A DNA stretch of 32,000 bases from Amoeboradix gromovi X-113 (Eukaryota; Fungi; Sanchytriomycota). The position numbers and the translations under genes are program-made. Positions 29,446 through 32,000 of this stretch are shown here, in pieces (the first letter of the stretch is position 1; each line of letters opens with the position of its first letter). The notes beneath the pieces were generated by a model. The model ran no database searches, had not been told where the DNA came from, and was given only the letters and a program-made list of their open reading frames with translations. The stretch is taken from the NCBI GenBank assembly GCA_018985225.1, contig JADGIF010000032.1, positions 1 through 32,000 of the forward strand, given 5' to 3'.

Positions 29446-30012
29446 TTAAACTTGTCTCATGCCAGCAGTAGTGTGGTTGCCAGCAGCTGTATGACTACCT
29501 GGCATTGCAGTAGAACTATGATGTTTTTCAGTTGAAGAATGACCCATTCCAATCTTCTCCTTAACTTTCTCTTTTATTCCTTTCTTTTCGCCAACTTCGT
29601 TGTCGCTAGAACTTGAGGATGAGGTCTGCTGACCACCATGATGTCCCGGCAACTTTTCTTTAATCTTTTGACCGGTTGATTTGTGCTGTCCCTGTTGATT
29701 TAGCTGGGAAACACCGGCTGCGGCGGTACTCGTTGAGTGACTCTTACCTTGGCTTGCTAGACCAGTTTGATGTCCAAGATCTGTTTGATGGTTATTGTGA
29801 CTCAATCCAGTTCCGGTAACACCCGGCTGCTGATTGCTATACCCTTGATTTCCCAAGCCAGTTTGCTTTCCCATACCTGGTTGTTGTCCTGTGTAGCTTT
29901 GCTGCCCACTGCTTTGACCAACAATAGGCTGACCAGTTTGCAATCCTGGTTGTTGGTTTGTTCCTTGTTGTCCTGTATACGATTGCTGTTGTCTTAGTTG
30001 TTCTTGATTCAT
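29446..30012 (-). CDS. Dehydrin-like hydrophilin with K- and S-segments, 188 aa
   Basis: G/Q/T/H-rich with no Cys, Trp or Phe. Contains KSTGQKIKEKLPG, SSSSSSD and EKKGIKEKVKEKIG. Confidence 0.8.
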   Translation of the reverse strand: MNQEQLRQQQSYTGQQGTNQQPGLQTGQPIVGQSSGQQSYTGQQPGMGKQTGLGNQGYSNQQPGVTGTGLSHNNHQTDLGHQTGLASQGKSHSTSTAAAGVSQLNQQGQHKSTGQKIKEKLPGHHGGQQTSSSSSSDNEVGEKKGIKEKVKEKIGMGHSSTEKHHSSTAMPGSHTAAGNHTTAGMRQV

Positions 30013-30188
30013 TTAGGTTTAGTGGGATTCTCGTCTACTTATACTGAAAACGCCTTTTAGAGGCACATGTTTGTAATTTAGAGAATTCTATAATTTGAAA
30101 ACTGCGCATGTGCACAGGAAACATCTGGTTCATTACTCTCTCAAGCACAATGAAGTGCCATTGTTAATTCTCCTTTTTTAATACGACG

Positions 30189-30557
30189 ATGAGACAAGTT
30201 AGTGGCTGTGTTGCAGTTCATAAAAATAAGATTCTACTGATAACAGCTAGAAAGTCAAACCACTGGGTGCTACCTAAAGGGCAGATAGAGAACAGTGAGA
30301 CACCAGAGAGTGCTGCATTAAGAGAATTGTACGAGGAAGCTGGCGTTCGTGCTACAATTGACTCTCATATCCTTGAAATGGTAATGGATAGGAAAAGCGG
30401 ACAGCAAAATACTTTTTGGTATATGTGTCATGTTGATGAAATTCTTGAGAAATGGCCTGAGCAAAATGAGAGAAAAAGACAATTTGTGTCAGTAGACGAA
30501 GCGAAGATAATTATCAAAAAAACTTTATTACCAGTGCTCAATAAAGTCGTCATATAG
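30189..30557 (+). CDS. Nudix hydrolase, diphosphoinositol-polyphosphate/ApnA (Ddp1/DIPP) type
   Basis: WVLPKGQIE..AALRELYEEAGV Nudix box and WPEQNERKRQF. Confidence 0.88.
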   Translation: MRQVSGCVAVHKNKILLITARKSNHWVLPKGQIENSETPESAALRELYEEAGVRATIDSHILEMVMDRKSGQQNTFWYMCHVDEILEKWPEQNERKRQFVSVDEAKIIIKKTLLPVLNKVVI

Positions 30558-31368
30558 ATGCAAGATCTTCTCCAACTTTTACTGCTTTATTTATAATCTC
30601 AAATCTCTTTTTAGTGTTTTGGCTCTGTTTGGCCATTACAATGCAGCTACCCAAGGCAAACCGTCCTATCTCATCACCTTTATCATAGATCAACGGATCT
30701 ATCTTGTGTAAATGGTTTACGGTGGACCTGTTGGTGTGCAACTTTGCATTATTTATCAAAATACTGCCAACATGCAGGGCACCAATAGCGGAGTACACGA
30801 TTCTCAGGTTTGTGTCCATTGTACTACCGTAGAGAATTATTCGTTCGTTTTCGCTAAATGGCTTTAAGGAAAATTGGAAATACCAAGGAGCAACAGGCTT
30901 AAGTGGACCCCTAAAGTGAAGTATGCTGTCAAATTTGCAATCAACTGGAGCGTGAAACCGATGATAATCACCAGGTCCCAGGTATAAAATGTAGTAATCC
31001 CAAAAATCAAGATTGTTGTCCAGTTTCAGCACATCTTTCAGAGTCATACCACCAATGTCATCATTGACTTGGCAAGTTCCCTGCCAAAATAGCTGGCCAT
31101 CGCAAGGTGAAGTAAAATTGCTGCCGAGAGAAATCGGAGTGCTTCTTTGTCTAGTAAAAAATTCGTAGAAATTGGGCGATTCAAGATCGGCGGGAACGAT
31201 ATCAGCAGCATAAGCCCTAGAATACAGACTTAGCAAATGGGGACGAATAAGCGGATAATTAGCTGTACTAATAGCTGCTAAAATCTTACTTGCGTAGTTG
31301 GAATAGTCATTGGGTAATGACAGCAGTAGCAATGAAGAAGTTATTGCTATTTTGGTGGTAGTTCTCAT
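30550..31368 (-). CDS. Phosphatidylserine decarboxylase proenzyme (Psd1-like)
   Basis: EFFTR, SPCDG, YLGPGDYHRFHAP, NER, VGSI, and the cleavage motif GRFALGSCIV. ATG at 31368. Confidence 0.9.
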   Translation of the reverse strand: MRTTTKIAITSSLLLLSLPNDYSNYASKILAAISTANYPLIRPHLLSLYSRAYAADIVPADLESPNFYEFFTRQRSTPISLGSNFTSPCDGQLFWQGTCQVNDDIGGMTLKDVLKLDNNLDFWDYYILYLGPGDYHRFHAPVDCKFDSILHFRGPLKPVAPWYFQFSLKPFSENERIILYGSTMDTNLRIVYSAIGALHVGSILINNAKLHTNRSTVNHLHKIDPLIYDKGDEIGRFALGSCIVMAKQSQNTKKRFEIINKAVKVGEDLASI

Positions 31369-31628
31369 ATCAACGATCAAGTAGGAGAGTTTGGGACAAA
31401 CTCAAATAATTGAAGAAAATATAATATAAATATTTCAAATACTTTAATCAAGTCGTGCGGAAGTATCCCCTACCTTATTATCCATAGTTTAAGCGCCCAC
31501 TTTTGCCAATTTCTCTTCTCTAGCGCAAGACTAAAGAATAAGCAAAAGCAATGTCTTTTAGCTACTGCATACCGTAGTTTGTTCTTAAGTAAGTTTTTTA
31601 CTGTCAAGTCTCAAAATTTGAAGGGTGA

Positions 31629-31950
31629 ATTCAGGTCTCTATCTCTCTCCAAACAATTGGTACAAGTGTAGCACCCCAAATTGGTGTTCTCCAGAGTATT
31701 GCAACTTGTACATGCATGATAAGTATCAAGATATCGCGTTGTTGCACACGCAAGACATACAAACTATTAAATAAATGGTTTACAGCCTTGTTTATCGCTG
31801 ATATCGTTTGAGGACGGGTTCAAAGACATCTAATAGTTCCATGTCTGGACCAGTTCCTCAACGTTGATGAATGTATGCTGTACCTGTTAGTTATTTCTTT
31901 AGATCTGACATATTCGGCATTACATCCATTAATTCCATTAGAGGTATTGA
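31629..31950 (-). mobile_element. Degenerate TnpB/Fanzor element, copy C
   Basis: Minus strand from 31712: CTSCNTLENTNLGCYTCTNCLERDRDLN (intact C4 ribbon plus DRDLN). Upstream STLRNWSRHG. DNA is homologous to copies A and B. Confidence 0.75.
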
Positions 31951-31973
31951 AAAATGTAGAGAGTCATACAAAT

Positions 31974-32000
31974 GGGATATCAAATATAAAAACTAGACTA
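31974..32000. mobile_element. Start of another TIR element, truncated by the window end
   Basis: at|gggatatcaaatataaaaactagacta matches the termini at 5481 and 12987. Confidence 0.7.

Overview
Gene-dense, AT-rich eukaryotic nuclear DNA read with the standard code. It is most likely from an early-diverging (zoosporic) fungus or close relative with a strongly compacted genome; this is an inference from gene content, such as a hybrid-B-type heme peroxidase and a MyTH4-FERM protein. It holds about 24 protein genes, including RPN6, p24, MED10, eIF2B-gamma-like, D2HGDH, Derlin, PGM, Kish, OAT, SRPRA, Atg11-like, XPG/RAD2, PGS1, SYS1, a Nudix hydrolase and PSD, plus one tRNA-Leu(UAA). Three things stand out. 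(1) Every split gene is joined by an ultra-short 19-21 nt GT-AG intron ending in YTNAYNYAG, with an invariant A at -6. (2) The apparently empty intergenic gaps hold remnants of what look like two Fanzor/TnpB-type RNA-guided nuclease transposon families. One is degenerate CxxC..CxxC..DRDxN copies with a conserved 3' end. The other is a GGGAYAY-terminal-repeat family whose one end folds into an omega-RNA-like hairpin, lying just behind a Fanzor1-like C-terminus at the window start. (3) There is a plant-type K/S-segment dehydrin. All assignments come from motifs recognised by eye; no database search was run.
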